Positions 40,149-54,566 are shown, counted from the stretch's first letter. The stretch: 64,000 nucleotides of DNA from Octopus vulgaris (GCA_951406725.2 OX597838.1:38440001-38504000), one strand, 5' to 3'. Made by a program: numbers and translations. Notes: generated by a model not told the origin, from the letters alone.

Positions 40149-40381
40149 TATTTCTTTACTACCCACCAGGGGCTAAACATAGAGGGGACAAACAAGGACA
40201 GACAAAGGGATTAAGTCGATTACATCGAACCCAGTGCGAAACTGGTACTTCATTTATCGACCCCGAAAGGATGAAAAGCAAAGTCTACGTCGGCGGAATT
40301 TGAACTCAGAACGTTACGTCAGACGAAATATCACTAAGCATTTCGCCAGGCGCACTAACGTTTCTGCTAGCTCGCCGCCTT
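40149..40381 (-). mobile_element. SINE family B with 15-bp TSD
   Basis: TSD AGTAATGCGAATATA at 40134-40148 and 40382-40396. Confidence 0.92.
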
Positions 40382-40399
40382 AGTAATGCGAATATAAGC

Positions 40400-40725
40400 G
40401 GCCAAATGGGACACATCTGGAAGATCTCTGCAGTAAAGCTATTCCACAGGTGCGTACTTAAGTGATCTGGGAGACCACTACTTCCTCGCATTGAGAGATC
40501 ACAATTGCGATACCACAGACATGCGATTAGAATGGGACAGGAAAGAATCACAACGGGTTTTACAAACCTAGCTAACCGGCAGGAAACTTAGCGCCAAACC
40601 AAAGCAAGATGACTGGATCGTATCCAAACCCTCAGTTCGTCCTGCTTGAGGATCCAGCTGGAAAGTCTAATGAGGATTACTTTTGATAGGAACCTATGGA
40701 GAAGATAGGACCCTGAAAAAAACTT
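40400..40725 (+). pseudogene. RTE LINE 3' remnant
   Basis: PLLPRIERSQLRYHRHAIRMGQER...DRNLWR. Confidence 0.7.
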
Positions 40726-41168
40726 ATGACGACTCTACCACTACGACTATCGCAGGATTAGTGGGCGGAGAACATGAATGGTTGAATGGCCAGTCAAAGT
40801 GCACATGGCCGAAAGACAAGATCATTATCTATATAGTTTATCATTATAACCTCTCTCTCTCTAACTCACTCTCTTTCTCAGAGAGAGAGAGAGAGAGAGA
40901 GACTGAATTTGCCTCGCAGTAATTCTTCTCCTGTTCCATTGTAGTATTTCATTCGTGGTCACTAATCGACCATTAGTAGGAACATTTACTACAATGCAAA
41001 ATTTATACAAAGCAAAAACCAATACATTTTTCAGCAACAATAAAATGCTATTCTTTACAGATATATCCGAAGCATTTTTGTTATTCCTTTTTTAGTCTTC
41101 TTCACTATTATTTTGTAGATGCTAATGGATACTTTTCTAAGAGAGTAAAGTAGCTTTTTTCATTGTGC

Positions 41169-41210
<42 letters not shown>

Positions 41211-41220
41211 GTTATTATTA

Positions 41221-41258
<38 letters not shown>

Positions 41259-41934
41259 ATTATTATTAATGATAATAATAGTATTAGCATGAGTGTTCAT
41301 ACTAGAAGCATGTATTTGTTCTGGCTCGTAAGTTTAACCTTTTAATTTGTCACCAAAAGTAGTTGACTGTTTATTTTGTTATAAAACGTTCGTTAAAACC
41401 ACCACCATTGCATAGGTTTGGTTTGGTTTGATTGGGTTTGGCTTGTTTCTGCCCTTTTGGGGGCACAATTTCATAAACAAAATTGTCGTACCGTTTTGAA
41501 AACAGTAAGCTTATAAACAGACATGGCGTGACGACACGGAGGGGGGAAGTAAGAGATAGATTTGATAGTTAGTTTCAAGAGCCCTCTGCCTTCTGCCCTC
41601 TGATTGAAGGGGGAGGGGAGAGAGCTCTCATCCAGTACAACGTAAAGTGAACCACAGGAACAGTAGCAACAACAGCAACAACAACACTACACAGAAATTT
41701 AATTCCAATTATGAAGCTGAATTCTCTACTAAATAAATGAGAAAATACCAATACCAAAGAAATAAGCGAACAGTGTCAACAATAAGGCGAGGAGCACAGC
41801 CATTACCTACTCCAGCACCTCAGCAACGACACAAATTATGATGCAGAAACAAGAGTAGACTCGACAACTTAAACAGCGGCAATATCGCCATTTTTAATAA
41901 CAACAAGAACGAAACTAGAGGCGTTTAGAAGAGA

Positions 41935-42337
41935 CTAGCAGTATCGCCCGGCGTTGCTCGGGTTTGTAAGGGAAATAACTCTATAAGCATTTTTAGAGAG
42001 TTACTTCCCTTATATAAACTGAGCAAAAAATGCATTAAAAAACGAAAAAATGATAATTTTTTTTTTCAATCGTTGACTCATCGTAGACATTTTTAGAGAG
42101 TTACTTCCCTTATATAATAGCGAAAAAATGCATTAAAATGGGAAAAAAATGATGGTAATCTTTTTTTTTAATCGTAGACTCATCGTAGACGCGCGCTAAT
42201 ACCCAGAAGGGTTCGATATGAATCACGACTATAAGATACCCACTTTTGGTTAAACTGCACCGCAAAATGTGGGAGTAGTTAGGAATCTAAATCGTAGGAG
42301 ACAGACTCTCACACAACTTCAGTTTTATATATAAAGA
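41935..42337 (-). mobile_element. Non-autonomous Helitron inserted at A|T
   Basis: Reverse complement of 30929-31367; CTAG and TC ends; A at 41934 and T at 42338. Confidence 0.93.
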
Positions 42338-42802
42338 TATAGCGACCGACGTGTTGGCATCCAGATCGGCTCTTCATCAATTTATTCAATGGCCAGCACG
42401 GCGTTTGCGGTATCAAAGCTAAGGTGCGTGCGCTGAGATACGAAGGGAAGAAAGCCGTTCCTTGGCCCTGGAGACTATGAAATGCGTAGCACTTACGCTC
42501 TCAGGTCGACCAGATCGACTTAACCCCTCCCCACTCCCCCTCAATTGCCGTCTTGTACCAAACTATGAGATCATTATCAGTAAGGACGGCGACTTGACAG
42601 AATCGTTAAAAATTTCAGGTAAAATGCGCTGCGCCATTTCATTTGCTTTCACCTTCTGATTTCAGTCGACCTCGCTGTTCATTTCTCGAGATCGATAAAA
42701 TAATTTCCAGTTAAGCACCGATGTTGATGTAATAGAGTTCCCTGGCTCCTAAAAGTCTGCAGTTTTCGTGTCAAAATTTTAAAACATTATTATTATTATT
42801 AA

Positions 42803-42861
<59 letters not shown>

Positions 42862-43520
42862 GCCTTTGCACAGCTTCTAATGCTGGAGGTGTACTGCAGT
42901 GTCATCTGTTCACTACCAGTGAGCTAAAGTAACACCTCTTATTTTTCGAGCACTTTCCGGAGTATTAGAGTGGTTCCAAGCAGTGCTGTTTTCTGCAAGT
43001 GCTCCACCCTTATTGCAGCCCCTATTTCTTCCACGTACTTCTCGAGATTTTTGCTCACTGTTCACAGGACTCCAACAATTATTGAAACAACTGCTACCCT
43101 TTTCATCGACCGCAACTGCTTAACTCCCCAAGCTAACCTGTCATATCTATCGACTTTTCTTTCTTCCTTATCGCATACCTTGTTGTCAGCTGGGCATGCT
43201 ATGACTATGATCCATCATAGTTTGTTTTCTTTCTCAATTAAGACTATGTCCGGCTTCCTATTCTCTATCTCAAGGTCGCATTGAATCATAAAATCCCATA
43301 GGATCTTTGCATTTCTATTTTCGACGATGCCTTCAGGTTTGTGGTCGTACCAATTTTTTGCTTTATCAAGTCCATACATATTGCAAAGTATCCAATGGAC
43401 AAACCTGGCTATTTTATCGTGGCGTCTCTTATATTCCTTCTTCGCTAGTGGCGTACATTGGTTGGTAATATGCCATACGGTTTCACCATTTTGTCCACAG
43501 ATTCTGCCCTTATAACTTTC
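42862..43520 (-). mobile_element. R4/Dong-clade LINE 3' fragment inside (TAA)n
   Basis: CGQNGETVWHITNQC (CCHC), RRHDKIA, WDFMIQCD, RKPDIV, LQKTALLGT; TAA repeats on both sides. Confidence 0.9.
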
Positions 43521-43859
43521 TTCTCATTCTCATTATTATTATTATTATGATTATTATTATTATTATTATTATTATTAGAGTGAGGATGATGATGATGATG
43601 ATGACGACGACGACGATGATGATGATGTTGTTGTTTCCTTTATGTTTTTACTTCCTACGCTAATCGATCGTAATTTGCTAACATCGGGTGTGGGTGCGAT
43701 TAATTTCTGTGATTCAACGTTGCTTTCATTTCATTGTTACCAAAACGAAAAAGGAAATTTTCATCATTTCAAGCTCTCTAGTTTTACAACGGATACATCG
43801 TTTCAAATATCTTTTGTATTTGTGAATACCAGACGGCTGAGAACAGGGAAATATATAGG

Positions 43860-43893
<34 letters not shown>

Positions 43894-44729
43894 GCACATA
43901 CATATATACATATATATTTACATATATGTATGTGTGTGTGGATGTATATATCTATATATATGTATGTGTAGTGTATGTACGTATATGAATATATATGCAT
44001 ATATCTAAATATATATATGTGTGTGTATGTGTGTGTGTGTGTATCCATGTATTTTACAGTTGCTTGCGTATGAGAGTGTGCGTGTGTATTTACATACATA
44101 TGTACATTTGTATATTTGGACGAACAATGAGTGAGAAATAGAGAGGAACGGGTATAGAGAAAAACCGGAAGTAGATACCAAAATGGCACCTCACATACAG
44201 GAAGTTGTGATTGTTTTGAGGCAGTTGTACCAGCAGGAGTTGAAGTGATGATGTTAACATGGCGGAAATGTTGTCCTAATTTCTCCTCTTTTCTTTTTTT
44301 TTTTCTGTATTCCTTTATTTATATTTTTACACACAGTTACATTTTAATAAATACGAGCACCATACACAGAATAAAAGGAGCATGTAAATGGCGAATACCT
44401 AGCTTATATTATATGTATGTGTGCGGATTTACGGATGCATATGTATATACATAATTATATATATTATATAACACATGCATATATATGTACATGTGTGCAT
44501 GTGCGGATGTGTGTGTGCGTGTGTGTATAAATATGTATATATAGATATATTGATATATAGAATTAAGGATAAAAATCGCTTTAATGATTTTATCAAGTGA
44601 AAAAGAAACCTTGTAGGTAACATTTTATACTAATTTATAATTATATAAAATCAGTGACAGTGGTTACTGGGAAAAACATTAAATAGATATTCGCAAACAG
44701 GTCTCTCTTCATCGAAAACCGGTGATTAC

Positions 44730-44775
44730 CGTACGTTGACAAGAGGCAAATTACCTCGAAACTGCAGTCCGTGCG
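44730..44775 (+). ncRNA. Mutated minimal hammerhead ribozyme
   Basis: cgtacg-TTGACAA-gagg-caaatta-cctc-GAAAC-tgca-GTC-cgtgcg; stems intact, two core transitions. Confidence 0.6.
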
Positions 44776-44948
44776 TATCACTTAGGTTTACGAGAGAGGG
44801 ATGACCTCCCTTTGCAAATATCATAAGGGCACAGAAAGTGTGTCTAAAGCCAGCTGGAGACGATGATCTCCTGGGGCTAAAAGCTACAGTAACACCCACC
44901 CTTTGTGGTTAGGCATATTGAGATGGCTAGTATACTTTACGTAAAATA

Positions 44949-45513
44949 TTGGGTTATCCGGAAAGTTCGTGCCGATTTTTAAAGGAAAGAAAAAGGTCAA
45001 TAAATACTTGCATTACATTTTTAACCAACCAAATATGAATCATTTTGTTGCACAATACATCTCCATCTTTCCTTCAACTTGAAAATACCCTCTTCTCAGA
45101 ATTGAGGTGGTTTCATGGCAAAGAATTCATCAAGGTATCTTTTTACGTCATCCAAGGAATTGAATTTTTTACCATTAAGACTATTCTGCAGAGACCTGAA
45201 TACGTGGAAATCCGAAGGAGCAATATCTGGTGAATATGGAGGGTGGGGTAACACATCCCAACCGAGCTGCAGCAATTTTTGTTCGGTTCCCACAGCATCA
45301 AGTGCTGAAAATGAACTTTCTTATCTTCCATTTTAAAGGGTTACAGAATTAACACAGATTATAGGAGCATAAATCTTCTTCCACGAAAAGATAGCTTAAA
45401 CTGTGCTCTAAATGGAGGTGTAGTGAAATCCTATTTTATGGACTCAACCATGTTCTAAAATAAGTCGAAATGTAAGCTACTATAAATTGGCACGAACTTT
45501 CCGGACAACCCAA
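44949..45513 (-). mobile_element. Internally deleted mariner (MITE-like, 565 bp)
   Basis: TIRs TTGGGTT(A/G)TCCGGAAAGTTCGTGCC with TA flanks; N-terminus MEDKKVHF fused to PHPPYSPDIAPSDFH. Confidence 0.95.
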
Positions 45514-45796
45514 TAATTATATTCAAGGGTGCGGATAAATTCAAGCAGCACGATAGATATGGGCGCCAAATGGCTCTAAAAACCACATCTATACTCCATT
45601 AGCACAGGTATGTGGGCAGAGGAAAAACTGAATATGATTTTTTGAAAATAAGGATTTATTGTAAATCGAATTCTATCTTAGCATTATAAAAACATCCTGC
45701 TGTCATCAGTAAAATATGCCAAAGATGTGTGTGTGCGTGAGTGTGTATGTGGGTATGTATATTATTAATATCATTATTACTATTATTATTGTTATG

Positions 45797-45896
<100 letters not shown>

Positions 45897-46013
45897 TCTT
45901 ACAGCTGCTTCCGTTACAGATAGGGGACTTCAATTACACACGCATACACAAATACACACACACATATATATATACATATATATATACATATATATATATA
46001 CATATACATATAT

Positions 46014-46059
<46 letters not shown>

Positions 46060-46060
46060 G

Positions 46061-46130
<70 letters not shown>

Positions 46131-46164
46131 GAATAAAAAAAGGGTAGAAATTGATATTGATTAA

Positions 46165-46459
46165 CATCAGTGGCTAAGCATATCTGGGATAACCCAAGTG
46201 GTAGGTTAGCATATCCATGAACTGGTTATTCCGTCATCAGTGACAAGATACGAATATTTTATTCCTTGTAAACTGTAAATTTTTCGACGTCTAAATCATT
46301 CATACCTTGTCTTTGATGAAGGAATACCCAGTGCACGGACATGCCAACCGATCACTTGGGTTATCCGAGAAACGGCTGTAAGACATTAAATTCACCTTAC
46401 CCTAATTAAATTATTCTAAATAACTCGAAATACTTGTTCTACGTTGGTTTTGATTTTCC

Positions 46460-46460
<1 letters not shown>
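46165..46460 (+). mobile_element. Penelope-like pLTR fragment with inverted partial copy and hammerhead fold (46308-46385)
   Basis: tgtct-TTGATGA-...-GAAAC-ggct-GTA-agaca; 46187-46247 is an inverted copy of 46306-46366. Confidence 0.65.
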
Positions 46461-46508
<48 letters not shown>

Positions 46509-46562
46509 ATGTATGTGTATATATATATATGTATGTATATGTATATATATACATACATACAT

Positions 46563-46607
<45 letters not shown>

Positions 46608-46610
<3 letters not shown>

Positions 46611-46828
46611 TCTTTACTCTTTCTCTCTTTTACTTGTTTCAGTCATTTGACTGCGGCCATGCTGGAGCACCGCCTTTAATCGAGCAATTCGACCCCGGGA
46701 CTTATTCTTTTGTAAGCCCAGTACTTATTCTATCGGTCTCTTTTGCCGAACTGCTAAGTGACAGGGACGTAAACACACCAGCATCGGTTGTCAAGCAATG
46801 CTAGGGGGACAAACACAGACACACATAC

Positions 46829-46903
<75 letters not shown>

Positions 46904-47069
46904 TACGACAGGCTTCTTTCAGTTTCCGTCTACCAAATCCACTCACAAGGCTTTGGTCGGCCCGGGGCTATAGCAGAAGACACTTGGCCAAGATGCCACG
47001 CAGTGGGACTGAACCCGGAACCATGTGGTTGGTCAGCAAGCTACTTACCACACAGCCACTCCTGCGCCT
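46608..47069 (-). mobile_element. SINE family A
   Basis: Homology to 189-603. Confidence 0.92.
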
Positions 47070-47723
47070 ATATATAATATAATATATATATATATAATAT
47101 ATACATATATATATATTAGACTGCAGCCATGCTTGTTCGATGCGAGGCTATGAGAGAAGGCACTTGCCTAAGATGTGAATCTGTGTGACTGAGCCAGGAG
47201 CCATATGGTTGAAAAGCAAACTTCTTAGCATGCAGACACGATATTATATATCTATATGATATATATAATATCTAAAAACTCTGTATCCTTATGCAGAACC
47301 ACGTGAGAGGCAGAGAGGCAAGTTATGCTGTTCAGATAATAATATGAGTCTACATTCTTATAATGAAAGTTATTACACAAGTTCGCTTTCATAATTTAAT
47401 GTTAATCATAATACGTTAAATTTGATAATGGTAAGGTAGAAATAAAAGTTAAAATTTGAAACAATAAAGTAACGATATATGAATGCGTATGACTTGGTTG
47501 TAAATAGGTAAATAGGAAATGTAGAAGTCTTCCAGTCAGCTGACGTTTTGCTATTCCAGTTATTCGGATTTTATTGTGAGAAACAGTTTTACGAGAGAGG
47601 GAGAGACGAGTTTAATTATTACGGTAATAAACATATCACTACTTTGATGATATAGAAGAAAGTTTATATGTACATACATACACGCACACACATACACATA
47701 CATATATAGTATATACACTTATT

Positions 47724-47766
<43 letters not shown>

Positions 47767-47781
47767 ATGTATATATGTATA

Positions 47782-47820
<39 letters not shown>

Positions 47821-47835
47821 ATATGTATATATATG

Positions 47836-47873
<38 letters not shown>

Positions 47874-47877
<4 letters not shown>

Positions 47878-49614
47878 GGAACAGCTGTGTAGTAAGTATA
47901 TTGCTTACCAATCACATGGTTCTGAGTTCATTCCCACTGCGTGGCACCTTGGGCAAGTGTCTTCTACTATAGCCTCGGGCAGACCAAAGCCTTGTGAATG
48001 GATTTGGTAGACGTGAACTGATAGAAGTTTATATGTGTATATATCTATATATATAAAAGTGAAGTTGTGTGAGTGTCTGTCTCCTACGATTTAGATTCCT
48101 AACTACTCCCACGCTTTGCGGTGCAGTTTAACCAAATTCGGGTATCTTATAGTCGTGATTCATATCGAGCCCGTCTGGGTATTAGCGCGCGTCTACGATG
48201 AGTCTACGATTTTAAAAATAATTTAACATCATTTTTTTCCATTTTAACGCATATTTTGTTCCCTCCCTCGTGAAGCTGTGGGGAAGGGAGTGTAAGGAAA
48301 TCAACGTCGTAAAGCGTTGTCAAGGAGACCAGCGTTCTTTTAGAACAACGACTTCACGGCTTGAAGACACCAAAACAGAAATGGCTAAGAAAGCCCGAAA
48401 GCAAATTCTACAAAATCGGGAAACACGCCACACAGGGAAGGTTTCCCGTGCAAATAATTTGCACAACCGAATGTTATAGTTGTTGCATAACTTTTACTTA
48501 AAAAATATTATCCAAACACAAACTTTTGAAGGCAATATTGTATGGCGATGGTACTTGTGAAATATGGTAATGGATTTAGTAGCCAAAAGGAGAGAGCAGA
48601 GGCATAGTATGGTGGTGGTGGAGGCGGTGGTAGTGGCAGCGGTGGTGGCGGTGGTGCTGGTAGTGGTGATGGTGGTCGTGGTCGTGGTGGTCGTCGTGTT
48701 TGTGGTCGTGGTGGTGGTGGTGGTGGTGTTGTTGTTGGTGGTGGAGGTGGTCGTGGTGGTGGGAGTGGTGATGATGGTGGTGGGAGTGGTGATGATGGTG
48801 GTGGTCGTCGTCGTCGTGGTGGTCTTCGTGATGGTGGTGGTGATGGTCATGGGCGTAGTGGTGGTGGTGGTCATGGTGGTAGTGGTGATGGTGTTGGTCG
48901 TGGTGGTGATGGTGGTGGTGGTGGCTGAAGCTGTCGTCTGGGTTCTTCCAATTTTTTCGTGTGCACCTGTGTAGCTCCTCCCCTTCTTCCCTCCCTCGTG
49001 AAGCTGTGGGGAAGGCAGGGTAGGGAAATCAACGTCGTAAAGCGTTGTCAAGGAGACCAGCGTTCTTTTAGAACAACAACTTCATGGCTTGAAGTCGCCA
49101 AAACAGAAATCGCTAAAAAAGCTGAAACAGATCCACAAAAACGGCAAAAACCGCCACACAGGGCAGGTTTCCTGTGCAAACAATTTGCACAACAGAATGC
49201 TTTAGTTGTTGCACAAATCTTTATATATAAAAGTGAAGTTGTGTGTCTGTCTCCTACGATTTAGATTCCTAACTACTCCCACATTTTGCGGTGCAGTTTA
49301 ACCAAAACCGGGTATCTTATAGTCGTGATTCATATCGAGCCCTTCTGGGTATTAGCGCGCGTCTACGATGAGTCTACGATTTTTTTTAAAAATTAACATC
49401 ATTTTTTTCCATTTTAATGCATTTTTTCGCTATTATATAAGGGAAGTAACTCTCTAAAAATGTCTACGATGAGTCAACGATTTAAAAAAAAATTACCATA
49501 ACATTTTTTATTCCATTTTTAATGCATTTTTTGCTATTTTTTTGCAATAACTCTCTAAAAATGCTTATATAGTTATTTCCCTTACAAACCGAGCAACGCC
49601 GGGCGATACTGATA

Positions 49615-49678
<64 letters not shown>

Positions 49679-49862
49679 GTGTGTAATTGTTTGTGTGTCT
49701 GAGTTCGTCCCCCCATCATCACTTGACAACCGATCGTGGCGTGTCTACGTTTCTGGCAAAAGAGACCAATAGAATAAGTCCCGTGGTCGATTTGCTCGAC
49801 TAAAGGCGGTGCTTCAGTATGGCCACAGTCAAGTAACTGAAACAAATAAATGAGTAAAAGAG

Positions 49863-49864
<2 letters not shown>
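47874..49864 (+). mobile_element. SINE family A split by a composite Helitron
   Basis: 5' half at 47874-48028, 3' half at 49665-49864. Confidence 0.8.
48044..49615 (+). mobile_element. Composite non-autonomous Helitron (two 5' ends, one 3' end)
   Basis: TC starts at 48044 and 49218; internal ~230-bp direct repeats (48260-48490, 48988-49215) around (GTG)n; 3' hairpin at 49589-49603. Confidence 0.85.
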
Positions 49865-49902
<38 letters not shown>

Positions 49903-49906
<4 letters not shown>

Positions 49907-50226
49907 CAATGCATCCCGGCGTTGCCCGCATGTTGTGTGACCTACAACCTCATTGTATTATTTGTTCCTTTCTTATGGGCAGAATCGGCACAGCTGATAT
50001 ATATAGAACTGGATTACTGGTGTAATAAAAGCTATTGTTTGTTTAAAAGTGAAGTGGGGGAAGGGTACAATTTGCATGGGTTTGCATGAATGCGCTTTCT
50101 GTTCTTAAGAAGGATCATAAACTGTGTATTTTTTCATTGTATAAAAGGGGCTTAATAAGATTTTGCCCAGCAATCACATTTTACAAAATTTTAATTTCTC
50201 CCCGTTCTCACCTTTATATGTATAGA
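49903..50226 (-). mobile_element. Second non-autonomous Helitron family
   Basis: CTAG plus hairpin CCCGGCGTTGCCCG at the left end; TCTATACATATAAA 5' end at the right. Confidence 0.7.
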
Positions 50227-50584
50227 TAGACGATAACCAGCTTTCTTTATTGTAGTATAGATGTGAATAATTCAGAGAAACATTACATTCATTGTTCACA
50301 CAACCTCACTCGTAATGCATCACTTCGCAATTTCCGTTCAAATTGAAAGTGTGAAACTATTTTCACTTTGTAATAAAACCTGGTTGTTATAAAGCAGTGA
50401 CCTCCAAATAACTATAGCTGGTTGTTGAGATAAAGTAGAAAATATGCTATTACAAATAAAGTATATTTGGTAGCCGAAAGAATACTTAATCCTTTGATAC
50501 CCCATGCGTCAAAATCGGCCTTGTTTTCGAATACATAAGGAACATACGCACACACCCACCCACACACAATCTCCCTTATATATA

Positions 50585-50619
<35 letters not shown>

Positions 50620-50679
50620 ATATATATATAGAGAGAGATGAATATACATACGTATAATGACCAGTTATGTTTCCAAGCC

Positions 50680-50995
50680 GAAACGTGTTCTCCCATCAAG
50701 ATAATGCTCGGCCACAGACAGAAAGGATGGCATTCTATAGGCTGGGGTAGTTCGAATGGGAAATGATGCCCAACTCACCACATTCGCCGGACATTGCCCC
50801 ATCTGATTATCATTTATTCTGCAGTCTTCAAAATCATTTGGATGGAAAAATATGAACTCTGTAGACGATGTCAGAACAGTACCGGGGGAGTATATTTCTT
50901 TATGGACAAGTGAAATTTGGAAGGACCTTGCAAGTCTACCAGACAGATGGAAGAGCATTGTAGAAAATGAAGGAGAATATATTTTAGATTAAAAA
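50680..50995 (+). mobile_element. mariner transposase C-terminal remnant
   Basis: HQDNARP, SPDIAPSDYH, LPDRWKSIVENEGEY. Confidence 0.8.
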
Positions 50996-50999
50996 ATAA

Positions 51000-51416
51000 C
51001 CCTGCACATCCCCTGATAACTCACGGATGAGGATTCGACGATTTCTCTTCAGAGTTGGACGCAGATCTGCGATGTTTCTCATAGTTCTGCTGGTTGTCAA
51101 TCTTAAAAACGGCTGAACTACTCGGACACTTGTGTGCGGCTCATACACTCTTCTCCATACACTTTCTGGAACTTTGCGTAGGCCTGTGAGCAAGTATCAC
51201 CATGACAGCTTTCTTTGCCATGGTCAATGTGATGATCACACACTACACGCCTTCCTTCCAAGCACTGCTGTGAACAGTGGACGCGAGCTAGAACCTTAAA
51301 ACTTAATGAGCATGCACAGAGAGACCAACGTCAATCTGTGCCAGCCGATTTCACTCTCCGTGCTTTAGCTTTGTTACTATGGCAACACTCCGGATACTTA
51401 TTGATCAGACCTCGTA
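51000..51416 (-). mobile_element. mariner 5' remnant
   Basis: TIR TA-CGAGGTCTGATCAATAAGTATCCG; decayed HTH region (NRRILIRELSGDV). Confidence 0.7.
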
Positions 51417-52827
51417 TATCATATATTACTTTCCCGGTAATTTCCGGGAAAGCGGGGCTTATCCGTTGGTTGTTGTCATAATCGTTTCGCTAATCCAATA
51501 ACAACAATACAAATTATATAGCTCTTATAACGGTTTTTATACATTTACAGAGAATATCGAACTGTCTTACACAGGATCATGTTTTTAGGAATTCCCAATA
51601 AGTTATGAATACCCAAATTGTGATGTCAGTTATGTAATAACATGAAATCAGTTACCCGATAGTAAGAATTCAAATAAAGTAGCCCCCAAAATGGCTTTAA
51701 TGCGTTCCCAGAGTATATAGAACATAGGAGGAAATACTAATAACGTATATATACTAACATTGTGAAGCATGTTACGTAATAACAGACTAATCAGATATGA
51801 GATAATAACAATTCAAAGTAAATAACTCTGGAAGGGGCTTTTGTGCGTTCCTAGGGAATATTACCCTCAGGGGCGCTAGTGTTAGTATATTCATGAATAA
51901 GTCACTAACCGAAATAATTGGATCTATTGTTTAGGAAAAGTCTATTTACTTGTTTAAGGGTTGTATTGGATAAATTGCGAAAATAAAAAATAAGAAAATA
52001 AGAAATAAGCATACTCAATTTGATTTATACCAAATGATTTAGGAAAATGAATGGGTCCTCTCCCTTGCTTGTTAAAATCTCGGCGAATGGGTTATTTCCC
52101 TTGGCTATTAGTATGAAATATATTAGATATATATAAAGATCCCTTCCAGGGGCCCTATTAGCTATTTTTCAACAACCTGAGTATGCCATGATGTTTCCAG
52201 ACATGATTCTTACTCACGTATCAAGTTTCATCAAAGTCGATAAATCAATGTAGAAGGAGTCAGCTAACCACTCCAAGAACACACCCACAGACAGTACTTC
52301 CCACACATGTAGTAGATTATATATCATAAATTATATGTTATATATATTATACATTGTATAAATTATATATTAGAAAATATAAATTGGATTGGATTGCCTA
52401 TATTCAATAAACTGCAGGATGAAGGCTTCAGCACGTTCTCTCCAATCACCACGGCCCGCGAATTTGCACTTGAGATCAAACTGGCTTGTTGAAATCTACC
52501 ATACTGGCTCGACATGGCTTGCCAGAAGAAATCATATGTTTGTCTGTATATGTGTGTGTGAGTGTGTGTGTTTGTGTGTCTTTTCTAATGCGAAACCGTG
52601 TGCTGAAAAAGATATTGTTGTACTTGGGGATGGTCGTATTTTGCCAATTAAACACAAAAGGGAAAATAGAATAAGCAGAACAAAATGCCGAACGTGGGAT
52701 AGAGCGTTGCTGAAGAGGTCACAGAATGTGTTAGGGAAGAACTTACACAAAAACACTAAAATAATACTAACAGATATGAAAACCCAATATACAGTGCGTG
52801 TTATACACACACATATATATGTATATA

Positions 52828-52916
<89 letters not shown>

Positions 52917-54273
52917 TTACATATACACAAACACACACATATATATACATATATATATATATGTATATATATATATGTGTGTGTATGTATATGTATGTAT
53001 ATATATTCATGTTTATGTATATATATCTTTATCTATACATACGTACGTACAGATATACATACATAAACGCATATATATATATATATATATACATACTTAT
53101 AGATAGATAGATAGATAGATACGATTAATATAGTTCTTTAGATCAATAATGACTGAATAAACCAGTTCTACATTAGTTATAGTAGAGTAGGTTCGAATTA
53201 TAGAAATGTTCTGTTAAAAAGCCTACATTTTTTTAAGATCGCTCGGCTTCTCAAACAAACTGGCTATTGGTTCGAGTCAGTTGGACTGCATTGACATCAA
53301 AATGAGTGTATGACTTTACGAAAAAGAATAACCGCAGGTGTTGTAAATAGTCTTTGTGGTGGTAGGATAAAAGTCTTTATAAAGGGAGAGAAATCGTAAG
53401 TATCACGTTTTTTGGTATTGTTATAAAAATTAATAGAATGGGATGAGGTGGAGAATTCATGTGACTCTACACCGAAATATTTGTGTGAAAGAAGTGTGAA
53501 ATACCTAAGATATAGAAGTAAAAGTTGGCGTGATGGTTTTTTATAAAATATTTTGTGAAATTTCCATAAAATATTTACTGATACGTTAAGGAATTATAGC
53601 GCAATTTGAACGTGATTTGTACACAAATATACATGCACTAACGTACGCGCACACAGTTTCACATTAAAATATACACGCAGACAAACATATCTAAACACAC
53701 ATATATGTACGTGCAAGTGCAAAAATATAAAGACACTGGATATCGGTTTTAAATTTTGGCACAATACCAGCAATTTCGGGGGTGGAGTTAAGTCGATAAC
53801 ATTGACTCCAGTCCTCAATTAGTGCTTGTATATATCGACCTCGAAAGAATTGAAGGCAAAGTCTACCTGGATTGAATCTGAACTCAGAAAGTAAAGACGG
53901 ACGAAATATCTATACAAAATGTTGGACGAGGGGGGACTATCAATAAGATAATGTAAGAATTCTACAAACGCATCAAGTTATTTTTTGTTTAAAATTTGAG
54001 AAATGCAGCAAATATTTCTGGGGGCTCTGAAATATCTCAGAAGCTAGCAAAAGCCGCAACACATAAAATATAGTTGTACCGAGAATTCGGCGTGCTAACG
54101 ATTCTGTTAGTTTACTACCTTAAAGAGATTCAATATTTTTTCTGCCGTAGGCACAGGGCCTGAAATTTGTCGAGGATTATAACTACCCCAGTGCTCGATT
54201 ATTACTTATTTAATCGACCCCGAAAAATTGAAAAGCGAGGTCGACCTCTGCGAAATTTGAACTCAGAACGTAA

Positions 54274-54566
54274 AGGGCAGCGGACTCATGGTCGTAGGAT
54301 CGCAGTTTCGATTCCCAGACCGGGTATTGTGAGTGTTTATTGAGCGAAAACACCTAAAGCACCACGAGGCTCATGCAGGGTGGTGGTGGTGGTGAACCCT
54401 GCTGTACTCTTCCAACACAACTTTCTCTCATTCTTTCTTCCTGTTTCTGTTGTACCTGTATTTCAAAGGGCCGGCCTTGTCACGCTCTGTGTCACGCTGA
54501 ATCTCACCGAGTACTACGTTAAGGGTACACGTGTCTGTGGAGTGCTCAGCCACTTGCATGTTAATA
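54274..54566 (+). mobile_element. tRNA-derived SINE family D (5'-truncated)
   Basis: Matches the tRNA-like head at 55747-55915. Confidence 0.75.

Noticed and set aside
44160-44270. Promoter-like ETS (CCGGAAGT) and YY1 (AAAATGGC, ACATGGCG) motifs
   Set aside because: Short motifs with no associated gene; probably within a repeat fragment
51590-52316. Possible old Helitron-derived element on the minus strand
   Set aside because: Only a TC-type 5' end is suggested; no 3' hairpin/CTAG and no second copy in the window
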